DNA of 64,000 nt. Origin: Hyphomicrobiaceae bacterium. Lineage in GTDB: Bacteria > Pseudomonadota > Alphaproteobacteria > Rhizobiales > Hyphomicrobiaceae. Location: NCBI GenBank assembly GCA_965247245.1, contig CBDFGV010000003.1:3218609-3282608 (forward strand), written 5' to 3'. Below are positions 9,786 to 20,033 of the stretch, one piece after another. The translations under genes were made by a program, and so were the position numbers. The notes below the pieces were generated by a model, which was given only the letters and a program-made list of their open reading frames with translations, was not told the DNA's origin and made no database searches. Within the stretch, counting starts at the first letter, position 1; every line of letters starts with the position of its first letter.

Positions 9786-11690
9786 TCAGCTCTTCGATTT
9801 TGTCTTGTTCGTAAGATCGGTCACCATTTTCCCGAGCGCACCGAAGTTACGTTTCAGGTTATCAAACAGCACGATCTCCACACCTTGGCGCTTCATAATT
9901 AAGTACTGCTGCGCCAAAGAAAGAATGTTGTTCCACGCCCAGTAGATCACCAAGCCCGCAGGGAATGCTGCCAGCAGGAACGTGAACATGATCGGCATCC
10001 AGTTGAAGATCTGCTGCTGAATCGGATCCGGTTGCTGCGGGTTCAACTGCATTTGCAGCCACATGGTCACGCCCATGATAAGCGGCCAGATTCCGACGAT
10101 GAGAAAATCGGGCGGCGTATAGGGCAGCAGGCCAAACAAATTGAACAGCGACGTTGGATCTTTTGCCGAAAGATCCTGGATCCAGCCGTAGAACGGCGCA
10201 TGCCGCATTTCGATGGCGACGAACAGAACTTTGTAAAGCGCAAAGAAGACAGGTATCTGCACAAGCATCGGCAGACAGCCGACAAGCGGATTGATCTTCT
10301 CCTTCTTGTAAAGCTCCATCATCTCCTTCTGCTGGGCCATCTTGTCGTCTTTGTAACGATCACGAATGCGCTCCAGGTCAGGCTGCAGCTTCTTCATCTT
10401 CGCCATCGACTCGTAGGACTTGTTGGCAAACCAGAAGAACGCAGCCTTGACGACAACGGTCACAGCTAGGATCGCAAGACCAAAGTTGCCGAGAATGCCG
10501 TTGAACCAGATGATCAACTGATAGAGCGGCTTGGTAATGAAATAGAACCAGCCCCAGTCGATCAGATAGTTGAACTCGAGGATCTTTTGCTCAGCCTCGT
10601 ATTTGTTAATCAGGTCGACCTTTTTCGCACCGACAAAGAGATGCGATTTGACCGACTGGCTCGCCGAGGTCGCAACAGTGACTTCGGGCATAAGATAGTC
10701 GGTTTGGAAGGCTTCGCGCTGCTTTTCAGTTTTCTTCTGTGTAGCCCGCATACTGCCGAGAAACGGCTTGGTTTGATCCGGCACTAGCGCAGCGGCCCAG
10801 TACTTATCCGTGAACCCGAGCCAACCGCCAGTCTCCTCGTAGTTCTTACCACCACCGTCTTCGACGGCCTCCGAGTAGTCGATCTCTTGCAGCTTCTTTT
10901 CGCCGATGAAGCCAATCATGCCTTCGTGCTGAATAAAGAAGCCTTCAATCTGCGGCGTTCCGAGGCGATAAATGCGGCCATAGGGACGTAACGTGATTGG
11001 TTTGCCACTGTTGTTCTCCACGGTCTGACTAATCGAGAACAAGTAGTTTTCATCGACAGTTATCGTCCGCTTAAAAACAACGCCTTCGCCGTTGTCCCAG
11101 ACCAATGTGACAGGCTCCTTGTCACCGAGCTTGGTCTCACCATTGGCCACTTTCCAGACCGTATTACGCGTTGGCACCTTGGTCGAAGTACCTGGTCCGA
11201 CCACCCAGCCGTGTTCGGCGAAGTACGGCTGTGGCGCAAAGGCAGGAGAAAACAAAATGACGTTCGGGCTCGTCTCGGCCAACTCCTCGCGGTAACGATT
11301 GAGCTTGATGTCATCGATACGGCCGCCAGTAAGGTTGATCGATCCAGTTATGGATGAGGTCGAAATCGGCAGTCGGGACGTCCGCTTCAGCGCCGCATCC
11401 CTTGAGACGTTGGCGAGCACAGGAGCACTTCCACCGGCCGATCCTACAGTTGGTGCTGCACCGCCCGGTGTCGTTGAAGGAGCGACAGGTGCCGAACCGC
11501 CAACCGGGTTCGCAATACTTCCGCCAGCTTGCTTCTGTTTTTCCTGTTCGGCAGCAACTGCGCGGCGGCGTTCCAGCTCCTCCTTGATCTTCGGTGAGGC
11601 GTAAAAATACTGCCAAGCCAGCATAACAGCAACTGACAGCAAAATGGCCATAAGGAGATTTTTCTGATCACCGGGATCTTGCGAGAACAT
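9786..11690 (-). CDS. yidC: Membrane protein insertase YidC
   Basis: 634 aa with a large periplasmic domain plus a conserved C-terminal 5-TM core (LIIWFNGILGNFGLAILAVTVVVK). Adjacent to rnpA. Confidence 0.92.
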   Translation of the reverse strand: MFSQDPGDQKNLLMAILLSVAVMLAWQYFYASPKIKEELERRRAVAAEQEKQKQAGGSIANPVGGSAPVAPSTTPGGAAPTVGSAGGSAPVLANVSRDAALKRTSRLPISTSSITGSINLTGGRIDDIKLNRYREELAETSPNVILFSPAFAPQPYFAEHGWVVGPGTSTKVPTRNTVWKVANGETKLGDKEPVTLVWDNGEGVVFKRTITVDENYLFSISQTVENNSGKPITLRPYGRIYRLGTPQIEGFFIQHEGMIGFIGEKKLQEIDYSEAVEDGGGKNYEETGGWLGFTDKYWAAALVPDQTKPFLGSMRATQKKTEKQREAFQTDYLMPEVTVATSASQSVKSHLFVGAKKVDLINKYEAEQKILEFNYLIDWGWFYFITKPLYQLIIWFNGILGNFGLAILAVTVVVKAAFFWFANKSYESMAKMKKLQPDLERIRDRYKDDKMAQQKEMMELYKKEKINPLVGCLPMLVQIPVFFALYKVLFVAIEMRHAPFYGWIQDLSAKDPTSLFNLFGLLPYTPPDFLIVGIWPLIMGVTMWLQMQLNPQQPDPIQQQIFNWMPIMFTFLLAAFPAGLVIYWAWNNILSLAQQYLIMKRQGVEIVLFDNLKRNFGALGKMVTDLTNKTKSKS

Positions 11691-11783
11691 CGTTTGTTCC
11701 TAGGAAGCCGCAGGGTTAACGCGTGGTTGTCTCTGTTTGCCTAATTTATTTCGGTAAGGAAAGTGTCACCGGGTCACGGCCAT

Positions 11784-12182
11784 TTACCGATTTGATTGGC
11801 GCTGTGAGCCTCGATCAGCAGTTTTACGACTACTTTTCTGATTACTTTTCAGTTTCTTAAACGCAGCTCTCATGTCGTTACAGATATCTTGAAAGGCGTA
11901 ATCGAGCGCTGCCCCGCGAGCCAGTACGACATAGTCACATGTGGGATCGGCAAATTCTGGCGCAAGCGCCGCGGCCGCAGATTTCAAACGCCGGCGGATG
12001 CGGTTTCGGGTAACGGCGTTGCCAAGCTTCTTGGTAACGGTAAAACCGATGCGCGCAACGCCGACGCCATCAGGATTCGTCGAGCGGGGTTTACATTCGA
12101 TCAGAAACGGCCGCCCAGACCAGCGGCGACCGCCGCGGATACGAAGGAACTCCGGTCGCTTTTTAAGGGTGACAAGTGCCAT
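11784..12182 (-). CDS. rnpA: Ribonuclease P protein component
   Basis: 132-aa basic protein (LKKRPEFLRIRGGRRW...). Lies between rpmH and yidC. Confidence 0.85.
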   Translation of the reverse strand: MALVTLKKRPEFLRIRGGRRWSGRPFLIECKPRSTNPDGVGVARIGFTVTKKLGNAVTRNRIRRRLKSAAAALAPEFADPTCDYVVLARGAALDYAFQDICNDMRAAFKKLKSNQKSSRKTADRGSQRQSNR

Positions 12183-12278
12183 ATCCCGCCGTCAGCCCCT
12201 GCTCTAGACGCAAAAAAGCGTTTCCTGACAACGGCTTGTCAGAACTCTGATTGATTAAACGTATAAAAACTCAAGCGC

Positions 12279-12413
12279 TTAGGCAGACAGCTTTTTGCGG
12301 CCTTTGGCACGTCGGCGCGCCAGAATACGCAGTCCCCCGACTGAGGACATTCGCTTTCTAAAGCCGTGGCGGCGCTTTCTGACGAGCTTACTTGGTTGAT
12401 AGGTTCTCTTCAC
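12279..12413 (-). CDS. rpmH: 50S ribosomal protein L34
   Basis: Not in the ORF track (44 aa). Minus-strand GTG start at 12413 and TAA stop at 12279-12281. Translation is [44 protein letters not shown], a canonical L34. GGAG lies 9 nt upstream. Confidence 0.85.
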   Translation of the reverse strand: MKRTYQPSKLVRKRRHGFRKRMSSVGGLRILARRRAKGRKKLSA

Positions 12414-12719
12414 GGGTCAGCTCCAACGTCGGGTGTTCCTGACTTTGTGAGGGTTCCGGGCGCTCTGCGCCGGTTCCTGGAGCCTGGAACTAAAGGTAAA
12501 ATCTCGGAAAGCGGGTTTATACTGACAGCTCACAACCAAGTCAAACACTGCTTTCAGATAACAGGCCTTCAACTCTCCCGACATCGTATCACGAACGGTT
12601 GAGAGGCGCTTTCCTTTTCGCCGCAGCTCGCGCACCTAGTCGGTTAACGCGGCAATCCGAGCGTGCCTGGAGGGCTCAAAAGGGTGTTTGCCGCCACATT
12701 TGGCAAAAGAGGAAAATCG

Positions 12720-13592
12720 ATGCTTCAGATGATCGGCCGAACGATTGGCCAGAATTTTGGATTTGCGGCAGCCTTCGTGGCGCTAGCAGCTTTCACGGGT
12801 GTACATACCGCGTCAGCAAACCTGGCGCAGAAGTTCTCAAAGTTTTCCGCCGAGTCAAAGTCCACAGTCGACCACTCGGCATGGGACAGAATGCTGAAGG
12901 CTTATGTTAAGCCGGACGGCACGGGCCTTAATCGACTTGACTATGCGGCCTTCAAGAAGAATGACCACAAGGCGCTCAAAGCTTACGTCAAGTCGCTCGA
13001 GGCAACAGATGTCTCGAAGCTCGGTAAGAATGAGCAGTTTGCATTCTGGGCCAACCTCTATAATGCCAAAACCATTGATGTTGTGCTGGACCACTATCCA
13101 ATTGCATCCATCCGCAAGATTACGATCAAGTCCAGCCTACTCGGCTTCTTGAAGAAGAGCGTCGGAGCCGGCGGTCCCTGGAAGGCCAAGATCATGAGTG
13201 TCGGTGGCGAAAAACTAAGCCTCGATGACGTCGAACACGGTATCATGCGGCCGATCTTCCGTGATCCGCGCGTCCACTACGCCGTCAATTGCGCTTCGAT
13301 TGGTTGCCCCAACCTGCGGACCTCGGCATTTACCGGGGAAAACCTGGAAGCCGAACTCGACGCCGGCGCTCGCGATTACATCAACAACCCACGCGGTGTA
13401 TCTGTAAGCGGCGGAGAGATCACCGCGTCATCGATCTATCGTTGGTTCCAATCAGATTTCGGTGGCAGCGAGGCAGGCGTGCTAAAGCATGTCGCACAGT
13501 TTGCAGAACCGGGTTTGAAGGCAAAGCTCAAGAAGGCCCGATCAATTAGTGGGTTCGAGTATGACTGGGCCCTTAACGACGTCCAGAAGTAG
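12720..13592 (+). CDS. DUF547 domain protein with N-terminal signal peptide
   Basis: ORF 12663..13592. ATG at 12720 has RBS AGAGGAAAA. A signal-peptide-like N-terminus (MLQMIGRTIGQNFGFAAAFVALAAFTGVHTASA) is followed by conserved DUF547 blocks (FWANLYNA..., HYAVNCASIGCPNL). Confidence 0.7.
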   Translation: MLQMIGRTIGQNFGFAAAFVALAAFTGVHTASANLAQKFSKFSAESKSTVDHSAWDRMLKAYVKPDGTGLNRLDYAAFKKNDHKALKAYVKSLEATDVSKLGKNEQFAFWANLYNAKTIDVVLDHYPIASIRKITIKSSLLGFLKKSVGAGGPWKAKIMSVGGEKLSLDDVEHGIMRPIFRDPRVHYAVNCASIGCPNLRTSAFTGENLEAELDAGARDYINNPRGVSVSGGEITASSIYRWFQSDFGGSEAGVLKHVAQFAEPGLKAKLKKARSISGFEYDWALNDVQK

Positions 13593-13625
13593 CCGGCGTT
13601 TCAACTGCAGGAATAGGACAGAGCA

Positions 13626-14411
13626 ATGTCTGACACATCGCAATCCAAAGGTGGAATTGGCCGCTGGCTGCCGCTGATCGCAATTGCAGGTCTTATGGTA
13701 CTGGTTTTTGCCATGGGCTGGCACAAGTACCTGTCGTTCAAAACGATTGGTCTCAACTATGAGGCTCTGCAAGGCTTCATCGGCGAAAATCTGCTCGTTG
13801 CGCTCCTCATATACATGGGGATCTACATTGCGGTGGTGGCATTGTCTCTGCCCGGCGGACTGATCATGACACTATCCGGCGGTCTGTTGTTCGGCTGGCA
13901 GATTGGCGCTCCGGCTACAATCATCGCCGCCACAATCGGTGCCACGCTGATCTTCCTCATCGCGAAATCATCGATTGGCGAAACATTGGCAGCACAAGCC
14001 GGCCCGTGGATTGGCAAACTGCGGGAAGGATTTCAGGAGAATGCTCTGAGCTACCTTCTGTTCCTTCGCCTCGTGCCAGCATTCCCATTCGCAGTGGTAA
14101 ACTTGGCACCAGCCCTGCTTGGCGTACCATTGCGAACCTACATCGTCGGCACCTTCCTCGGCATCATCCCTGGAACCGCGGCCTATTCGTTCGCTGGCGC
14201 AGGGCTTGGAAGTGTCGTTGAGGCGCAAAACAAAATTTACAACGCCTGCGTTGCGCAAAAGGGTGAAAATGCCTGCGAATACACTATAGATGTTTCCGCA
14301 CTGGTGACTAAGGAACTCATCATTGCATTTGCGGCATTGGGCTTTGTGGCCCTGATACCGGTTGCCTACAACTGGTACAAGAAAAGGAATAATGGCCATG
14401 CAGCTGCGTAA
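13626..14411 (+). CDS. DedA / TVP38-TMEM64 family membrane protein
   Basis: Multi-TM protein with the DedA core (LLFLRLVPAFPFAVVNLAPALLGVPLRTYIVGTFLGIIPG). Confidence 0.8.
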   Translation: MSDTSQSKGGIGRWLPLIAIAGLMVLVFAMGWHKYLSFKTIGLNYEALQGFIGENLLVALLIYMGIYIAVVALSLPGGLIMTLSGGLLFGWQIGAPATIIAATIGATLIFLIAKSSIGETLAAQAGPWIGKLREGFQENALSYLLFLRLVPAFPFAVVNLAPALLGVPLRTYIVGTFLGIIPGTAAYSFAGAGLGSVVEAQNKIYNACVAQKGENACEYTIDVSALVTKELIIAFAALGFVALIPVAYNWYKKRNNGHAAA

Positions 14412-15879
14412 CGACAGCGCGGCAGTTGACCCGGCGGATGGATTGACCGCCGGCTCGGAAAAGATCGACACCGACATCTGTGTGATCGGAGCGGGTTCAG
14501 GCGGGCTTTCGGTAGCGGCAGCAGCCGCTGCCTTCGGCCGAAAAGTTGTTCTGCTTGAGAAACACAAAATGGGTGGCGACTGCTTGAACTACGGTTGCGT
14601 CCCGTCCAAAGCGCTACTGGCAGCCGGCAAGCGCGCTCACATCATGCGATCAAGCAGCGACTTTGGCATTGCTCCAACCGAACCGTCGGTCGATTTCGCA
14701 GCAGTGAACAAGCACGTCAAAGACGTTATCGCAGCTATCGAGCCAAATGACTCGGTTGAGCGCTTCACCGGACTGGGTGTCAGGGTCATTCAGGCTGCAG
14801 GCAAGTTCATCGACAAGTCCACTGTCCAAGCTGGCGAATATCTGATCAAGGCCCGCCGCTTTGTAATCGCGACAGGTTCATCACCATTTGTACCACCGAT
14901 CCCTGGTCTCGACTCCGTCCCCTATTTCACCAACGAGACACTCTTCGACAACACGACACGCCCCGATCATCTGATCATTGTCGGAGCAGGCCCGATTGGC
15001 CTTGAAATGGCTCAGGCCCATCGTCGCCTCGGCAGCAAAGTGACAGTCGTTGAGGGCGCCAAGGCGCTTGCCAAAGATGACCCTGAATTGACGAAAGTCG
15101 TGTTGCAGCAACTGCGAGACGAGGGGATCGAGATTCTCGAGGGCTCACTGGTCCAGGAAGTGCTGCCGGGGCGTGCTGCAACGGTTCAGGTCAAGTACAA
15201 GTCAGACGCGGGCGAAGCAACCGTCGAAGGTAGCCATCTCTTGATGGCTGTCGGCCGCAAACCAAACATCGACGACCTCGGACTAGAGGCCGCTGGCATC
15301 AAATACGAGCGCAGAGGCATCAATGTCGATGCCGGCATGATTACATCCAATCGCAAAGTGTTTGCGATTGGCGACTGCGCCGGCGGTCTACAGTTCACCC
15401 ACGTCGCAAACTATCATGCCGGAATTGTCATTCGCAGGGCTCTTTTCCAAATGCCAGCCAAGGCCAATGACAACGTCATTCCCTGGGTCACCTATACTGA
15501 ACCCGAACTGGCCCATTGTGGTATGAGCGAAGAACAGGCGCGTGAAGAACATCCCGTTGTGAATGTCTTGCGATGGCCTTACCACGAGAACGATCGCGCA
15601 CAGGCGACGCGCGCTACCGAGGGCTTGGTAAAGGTCCTAACCGATAAGCGCGGCCGCATCCTGGGCGCGTCGATCGTCGGCGATAACGCTGGTGAACTTA
15701 TTCAGATGTGGTCGTTGGCGATTTCACAGAAAATGAAAATCAAAGCCATGACCGAATGGGTCTCGCCATACCCAACTCTGTCAGAGATAAACAAGCGTGC
15801 TGCCTATAGGTATTTCGGTGCGGCAGCTGGCAGTGCGATGGTGCGAACAGCAATTAACTGGTTGACCAAGCTCGGTTAG
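14398..15879 (+). CDS. FAD-dependent pyridine nucleotide-disulfide oxidoreductase (class I, dihydrolipoamide dehydrogenase / mercuric reductase-like)
   Basis: DICVIGAGSGG FAD motif, redox-active GGDCLNYGCVPSK CxxxxC disulfide, NAD-binding GAGPIGLE and a C-terminal dimerisation domain. ORF starts with TTG at 14362. ATG at 14398 is 9 nt after AAGGA and overlaps the dedA stop. Confidence 0.8.
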   Translation: MQLRNDSAAVDPADGLTAGSEKIDTDICVIGAGSGGLSVAAAAAAFGRKVVLLEKHKMGGDCLNYGCVPSKALLAAGKRAHIMRSSSDFGIAPTEPSVDFAAVNKHVKDVIAAIEPNDSVERFTGLGVRVIQAAGKFIDKSTVQAGEYLIKARRFVIATGSSPFVPPIPGLDSVPYFTNETLFDNTTRPDHLIIVGAGPIGLEMAQAHRRLGSKVTVVEGAKALAKDDPELTKVVLQQLRDEGIEILEGSLVQEVLPGRAATVQVKYKSDAGEATVEGSHLLMAVGRKPNIDDLGLEAAGIKYERRGINVDAGMITSNRKVFAIGDCAGGLQFTHVANYHAGIVIRRALFQMPAKANDNVIPWVTYTEPELAHCGMSEEQAREEHPVVNVLRWPYHENDRAQATRATEGLVKVLTDKRGRILGASIVGDNAGELIQMWSLAISQKMKIKAMTEWVSPYPTLSEINKRAAYRYFGAAAGSAMVRTAINWLTKLG

Positions 15880-15934
15880 GTACCGAGATAAACACTAGGT
15901 TAATGTACGATCAGGATCTGATAACAGCATCGGT

Positions 15935-17512
15935 ATGAATGACACTGGCAACCTACCGTCGAAACCGCGCGACTACAAAAGTAAGTCGGCGAAGCCTTTG
16001 CTTGCGAGATTGCAGTCTGCACCCGGCAAGCTCCGACGGTGGTTTGGCATGGCATCCGGCGGCGCAAATCAAGGGTGGTCAGGTCTCGGGCTGCCCTCAA
16101 AGCTACTGGTTCTGACACTCGTATTCGTGATGTTGGCGGAAGTCCTTATCTTTCTGCCGTCGATCGCGAACTTCCGAGTAAACTGGCTAACCGAGCGATT
16201 GACATCGGCTCGTTTGGCAGCTCTGGCAGCAGAGGCCGCGAAGCCGAACATCGTCCCCGAGATGGTCAAGCAAGAACTCTTGGATACCGCCCAGGTTCGC
16301 GCTGTCGCCATCAAGAAGAACCGAATTCGGAAGCTTGTCCTGCCGCCCAACAGCCCCGTCGTTGTGGATGCCAACTTCGACTTCCGCGAAATGCGCAACG
16401 ACAGTACATGGAGCTGGATCTCCCGTCGTATCGGCCTGATTGGCGACGCACTCGAAGTGTTCACCGCGCCAGAAAACAGGGTCATCCGGGTCTATGGCCA
16501 GGCCTCAACCGGTCTTGGCAAGCCGCCAGCCATGGACGAGTTCGTCGAGATTGTTCTGCCTGAGAAACCGCTCAGGGAGGCAATGCTCAAGTTCGCGCGC
16601 AACATCCTGATTCTTTCGATCATCATTTCCATTATCGCAGCGAGCCTCGTTTACTTCGCGCTGATCCGAGTGCTTGTGCAGCCGATGATGGACATCAGTA
16701 AGAACATGCTGCAGTTCAGCGAGAACCCGGAAGACCCGGGTCGCGTCATTGTACCATCCGGCCGGGGCGATGAGCTCGGCACTGCCGAACGCGAACTGGC
16801 GAACATGCAGAACGAGATGATCGGCCTGCTGCAACAAAAGAACCGGCTTGCGCAACTCGGCCTCGCGGTCTCGAAGATCAATCATGATTTGCGCAACATG
16901 CTGGCGAGTGCACAGCTGATCTCTGACAGGCTGGCGACCCTGCAAGATCCATCTGTGCAGCGGTTCGCACCAAAACTGATCGCGTCGCTGGATCGCGCCA
17001 TCAATTTCTGCAATGACACTCTGAAATTCGGCAAGGCCCAGGAAGCGGCGCCCCGTCGCGAAGTCTTTTCAATCAGGACTCTGTTCGAAGAAGTAGCTGA
17101 TGGACTGGACCTGCCGCGTGACGGCGTTGACTGGAAAGTTGATATCGATCCAGCGATCCAGATCGACGCTGACCGCGACCACCTCTATCGCGTCCTCAAC
17201 AACATCTGTCGTAACAGCGCTCAAGCCTTGGATACCCAAGGCGAAGGCTCGGATGGATGCATAACGGTTAGCGCATCCCGCGATGCGCTGCGCACAATCA
17301 TCGAGATCAGTGACAATGGACCGGGTGTACCTCAGAAAGCACGCGAGCACCTGTTTCGCGCTTTCCAGGGCGCTGTGCGCAAGGGGGGCACCGGCCTCGG
17401 TCTCGCGATATCCGCCGAACTTGTCCAGGCTCATGGTGGCAGGATAGAGTTGGTGGATTCTGAGACGGGCGCTGCATTCAGGATCGAAGTTCCTGATCGG
17501 GGCACCTACTAG
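15935..17512 (+). CDS. Sensor histidine kinase (membrane-anchored, HisKA + HATPase_c)
   Basis: TM segment (LLVLTLVFVMLAEVLIFL), H-box (KINHDLRNMLASAQL) and G-boxes (DNGPGV..., GTGLGLAI). No response regulator gene is adjacent. Confidence 0.8.
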   Translation: MNDTGNLPSKPRDYKSKSAKPLLARLQSAPGKLRRWFGMASGGANQGWSGLGLPSKLLVLTLVFVMLAEVLIFLPSIANFRVNWLTERLTSARLAALAAEAAKPNIVPEMVKQELLDTAQVRAVAIKKNRIRKLVLPPNSPVVVDANFDFREMRNDSTWSWISRRIGLIGDALEVFTAPENRVIRVYGQASTGLGKPPAMDEFVEIVLPEKPLREAMLKFARNILILSIIISIIAASLVYFALIRVLVQPMMDISKNMLQFSENPEDPGRVIVPSGRGDELGTAERELANMQNEMIGLLQQKNRLAQLGLAVSKINHDLRNMLASAQLISDRLATLQDPSVQRFAPKLIASLDRAINFCNDTLKFGKAQEAAPRREVFSIRTLFEEVADGLDLPRDGVDWKVDIDPAIQIDADRDHLYRVLNNICRNSAQALDTQGEGSDGCITVSASRDALRTIIEISDNGPGVPQKAREHLFRAFQGAVRKGGTGLGLAISAELVQAHGGRIELVDSETGAAFRIEVPDRGTY

Positions 17513-17561
17513 GGCCAAGAATTCAGGAATTTCAGGGAGCCCGATAACTCGCGGGGATCAC

Positions 17562-18470
17562 ATGGGGAAACCGGAATACAAAGCAGCAGTAATCGGGCTC
17601 GGTTCAATGGGCTGGGGTGCTGCTGTTTCGCTGCTGCAGGCGGGGATCGAGACTGTTGGCGTCGATATTCGGGATGATGTCCTCGAACAGTTTGCTGCCA
17701 AGGGCGGCAAAATCACCAAATCACCGACCGAGGCTGCGCAAGGCTGCGATGCTGTTCTGGTCTTTGTCGTCAATGCTGAGCAAACTGAAACAGTTCTCTT
17801 CGGTCCAGGAGGCGCAGTTCCCGCCGCGCCCAAGGGATGTGTTTTCCTAACGTGTGCAACAACACCACCGGAGTTTGCAGAACAGATCGCAGGCCGCTTG
17901 AGCGACAATGGCATGCTGGTCGTGGATGCGCCGGTCTCCGGCGGCGCCGCCAAGGCTCTGGACGGCGACATGACCATTATGGCCTCCGGATCAGATGAAG
18001 CGTTTGAGAAAGCCAAACCGGCAACAGACGCAATCGCAAACAAGGTTTATCGGTTGGGCAATGCCGCCGGAGCCGGCTCGCGCGTCAAGATGATCAACCA
18101 GCTGCTTGCCGGAGTTCACATCGCAGCCACGGCAGAAGCCATGACGCTCGGGATCAAGGCCGGCGTCGACCCCAAGACACTCTATGATGTGATCTGCGCC
18201 AGTGCTGGTCAGTCCTGGATGTTTGAGAACCGCGGTCCGCACATTGTCGAAGGTGATTACGACCCGAAGTCTGCGGTCGATATCTTCGTCAAGGACCTTG
18301 GGATCGTCACCAGTGAGGGTGAGCGCCAAGCGTTTCCTTTACCGCTGGCCGAGACAGCTTTGCAGCAGTTCAAGGCCGCCCAGGACGCAGGTCTCGGGCG
18401 CGAAGATGATGCGGCAGTCGCCAAGATTTACGCCAAGCGCGGCAACATCAAGCTTCCCGGTCAGGACTGA
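17562..18470 (+). CDS. NAD(P)-dependent oxidoreductase, 3-hydroxyisobutyrate dehydrogenase (HIBADH) family
   Basis: N-terminal Rossmann motif AAVIGLGSMG and the 6PGDH-like NAD-binding plus C-terminal helical domain typical of HIBADH / tartronate-semialdehyde reductase enzymes. Confidence 0.75.
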   Translation: MGKPEYKAAVIGLGSMGWGAAVSLLQAGIETVGVDIRDDVLEQFAAKGGKITKSPTEAAQGCDAVLVFVVNAEQTETVLFGPGGAVPAAPKGCVFLTCATTPPEFAEQIAGRLSDNGMLVVDAPVSGGAAKALDGDMTIMASGSDEAFEKAKPATDAIANKVYRLGNAAGAGSRVKMINQLLAGVHIAATAEAMTLGIKAGVDPKTLYDVICASAGQSWMFENRGPHIVEGDYDPKSAVDIFVKDLGIVTSEGERQAFPLPLAETALQQFKAAQDAGLGREDDAAVAKIYAKRGNIKLPGQD

Positions 18471-18512
18471 CGTTCCGTCGTTCTCACTTATGGCGCGCGG
18501 ATCAGTGTCAGG

Positions 18513-19778
18513 TTAGACGATGAAGCTCGCCACCAGGTCATCTTCTGTGATGTCCTGGAACTGGAAACCGGCCTGATCCATCTTCTCGTTCAGCAGAACA
18601 AAGTTCGCTGGATCCGGCGTTTCAACGCCGAGAAGGATCGAACCAAAGTTGCGCGCCGATTTCTTCAGGTATTCGAAGCGCGCTATGTCGTCATCGGGCC
18701 CAAGCAGATCAAGGAACTCTTTCAGCGCGCCTGGGCGTTGCGGCAGGCGCAGGATGTAGTACTTCTTGCGGCCCGAAGCGCGTAGTGCTCGCTCCTTCAC
18801 CTCCGGCAGTCGTTCGAAATCAAAGTTGCCGCCAGACGTCAGGCAGACAACGGTCTTGCCCTTCAGGTCCGCGGGATCGAGATGGCGCAGAGCATCAATT
18901 TCCAATGCTCCGGCCGGCTCCAGCACGATGCCTTCGATGTTGAGCATCTCGATGATCGTTTCGCAAAGACTGTCTTCTTTGACGAGAAGCACCGAATTCG
19001 GATCGGTATTCTTAAGCAGACCGAAATTCAACTCACCAATCTGAGCAACAGCGGCACCGTCAACAAAGTTGTCGACCCGCTCAAGGCGGACCCGTTCCTG
19101 GCTTTCCAGACTGGACTTAAAGCTCGGCGCGCCAGCCGGCTCGACATAGACAATCCGCGTTTTCGGCGACAAAGCCCGCATGACTTGGGTAACACCGGCC
19201 GCCAGACCACCGCCGCCAACTGGAATGATCAGAACATCGACCGGCCGTCCTGCCTGCTCCAGTAACTCGAGCGCAACCGTTGCCTGACCCTCAATGATGT
19301 CAGCGTGGTCAAACGGTGGAACAAACCGTGCGCCAGTCTTCTCCGCGTATTCCATTGCGGCTGCGTAGCATTGGTCGAATATATCGCCTTCCAGCCTGAT
19401 TTCGACATTGTCACCGCCGAAGACCCTGGTCTTTTGTATCTTCTGCTGCGGCGTCGTTACCGGCATGAACACCGTGCCTGCAACGCCGAAGTGCCGACAA
19501 GCATAGGCAAAGCCCTGCGCATGATTACCAGCAGATGCACACGCAAATGTCGCTTCGGCGCCGGCCTGCGAGACAGTTTTGCGGAAGAAATTGAACGCAC
19601 CGCGCAGCTTGTAACTGCGCACCGGGGTCAGATCTTCCCGCTTCAGATAAATGTTCGCGTCATGACGATCACTCAGGAATGCATTGAACTGCAACGGTGT
19701 TGGCTGCAGCACGGTGCGCACCGCAGCGTGAGCTGCGGTGACGCTGGCAACGAAATCTGATGACGCTTGGTTTGACAT
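18513..19778 (-). CDS. ilvA: Threonine ammonia-lyase (PLP fold-type II) with one C-terminal regulatory domain
   Basis: PLP-dependent tryptophan-synthase-beta-like fold with a glycine-rich GGGGL loop. ~421 aa with a single ACT-like C-terminal domain. Confidence 0.75.
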   Translation of the reverse strand: MSNQASSDFVASVTAAHAAVRTVLQPTPLQFNAFLSDRHDANIYLKREDLTPVRSYKLRGAFNFFRKTVSQAGAEATFACASAGNHAQGFAYACRHFGVAGTVFMPVTTPQQKIQKTRVFGGDNVEIRLEGDIFDQCYAAAMEYAEKTGARFVPPFDHADIIEGQATVALELLEQAGRPVDVLIIPVGGGGLAAGVTQVMRALSPKTRIVYVEPAGAPSFKSSLESQERVRLERVDNFVDGAAVAQIGELNFGLLKNTDPNSVLLVKEDSLCETIIEMLNIEGIVLEPAGALEIDALRHLDPADLKGKTVVCLTSGGNFDFERLPEVKERALRASGRKKYYILRLPQRPGALKEFLDLLGPDDDIARFEYLKKSARNFGSILLGVETPDPANFVLLNEKMDQAGFQFQDITEDDLVASFIV

Positions 19779-20033
19779 CGGCGGGTTATGGCACCTGCAA
19801 GCCGGTCAGCGCAACAGGTTGCGGCGCGATCAGGCAGAATTGCGTATGGGAATTTGGTCGCACAATAAGTCTGGCCCCCGGGCCCTGTAGATCGCGTTGC
19901 TTCAGCACGGCCAAAGTTGCTGCCACAAGCCCTTGGGAGTTTCGGCATCATGGTGTCAGTCGGGCGCGCCACTTAACCATTTGGCAAGCATGGCAACGGT
20001 GGTTTGTTAGAACTTCGACACTAAGGTTTACAC

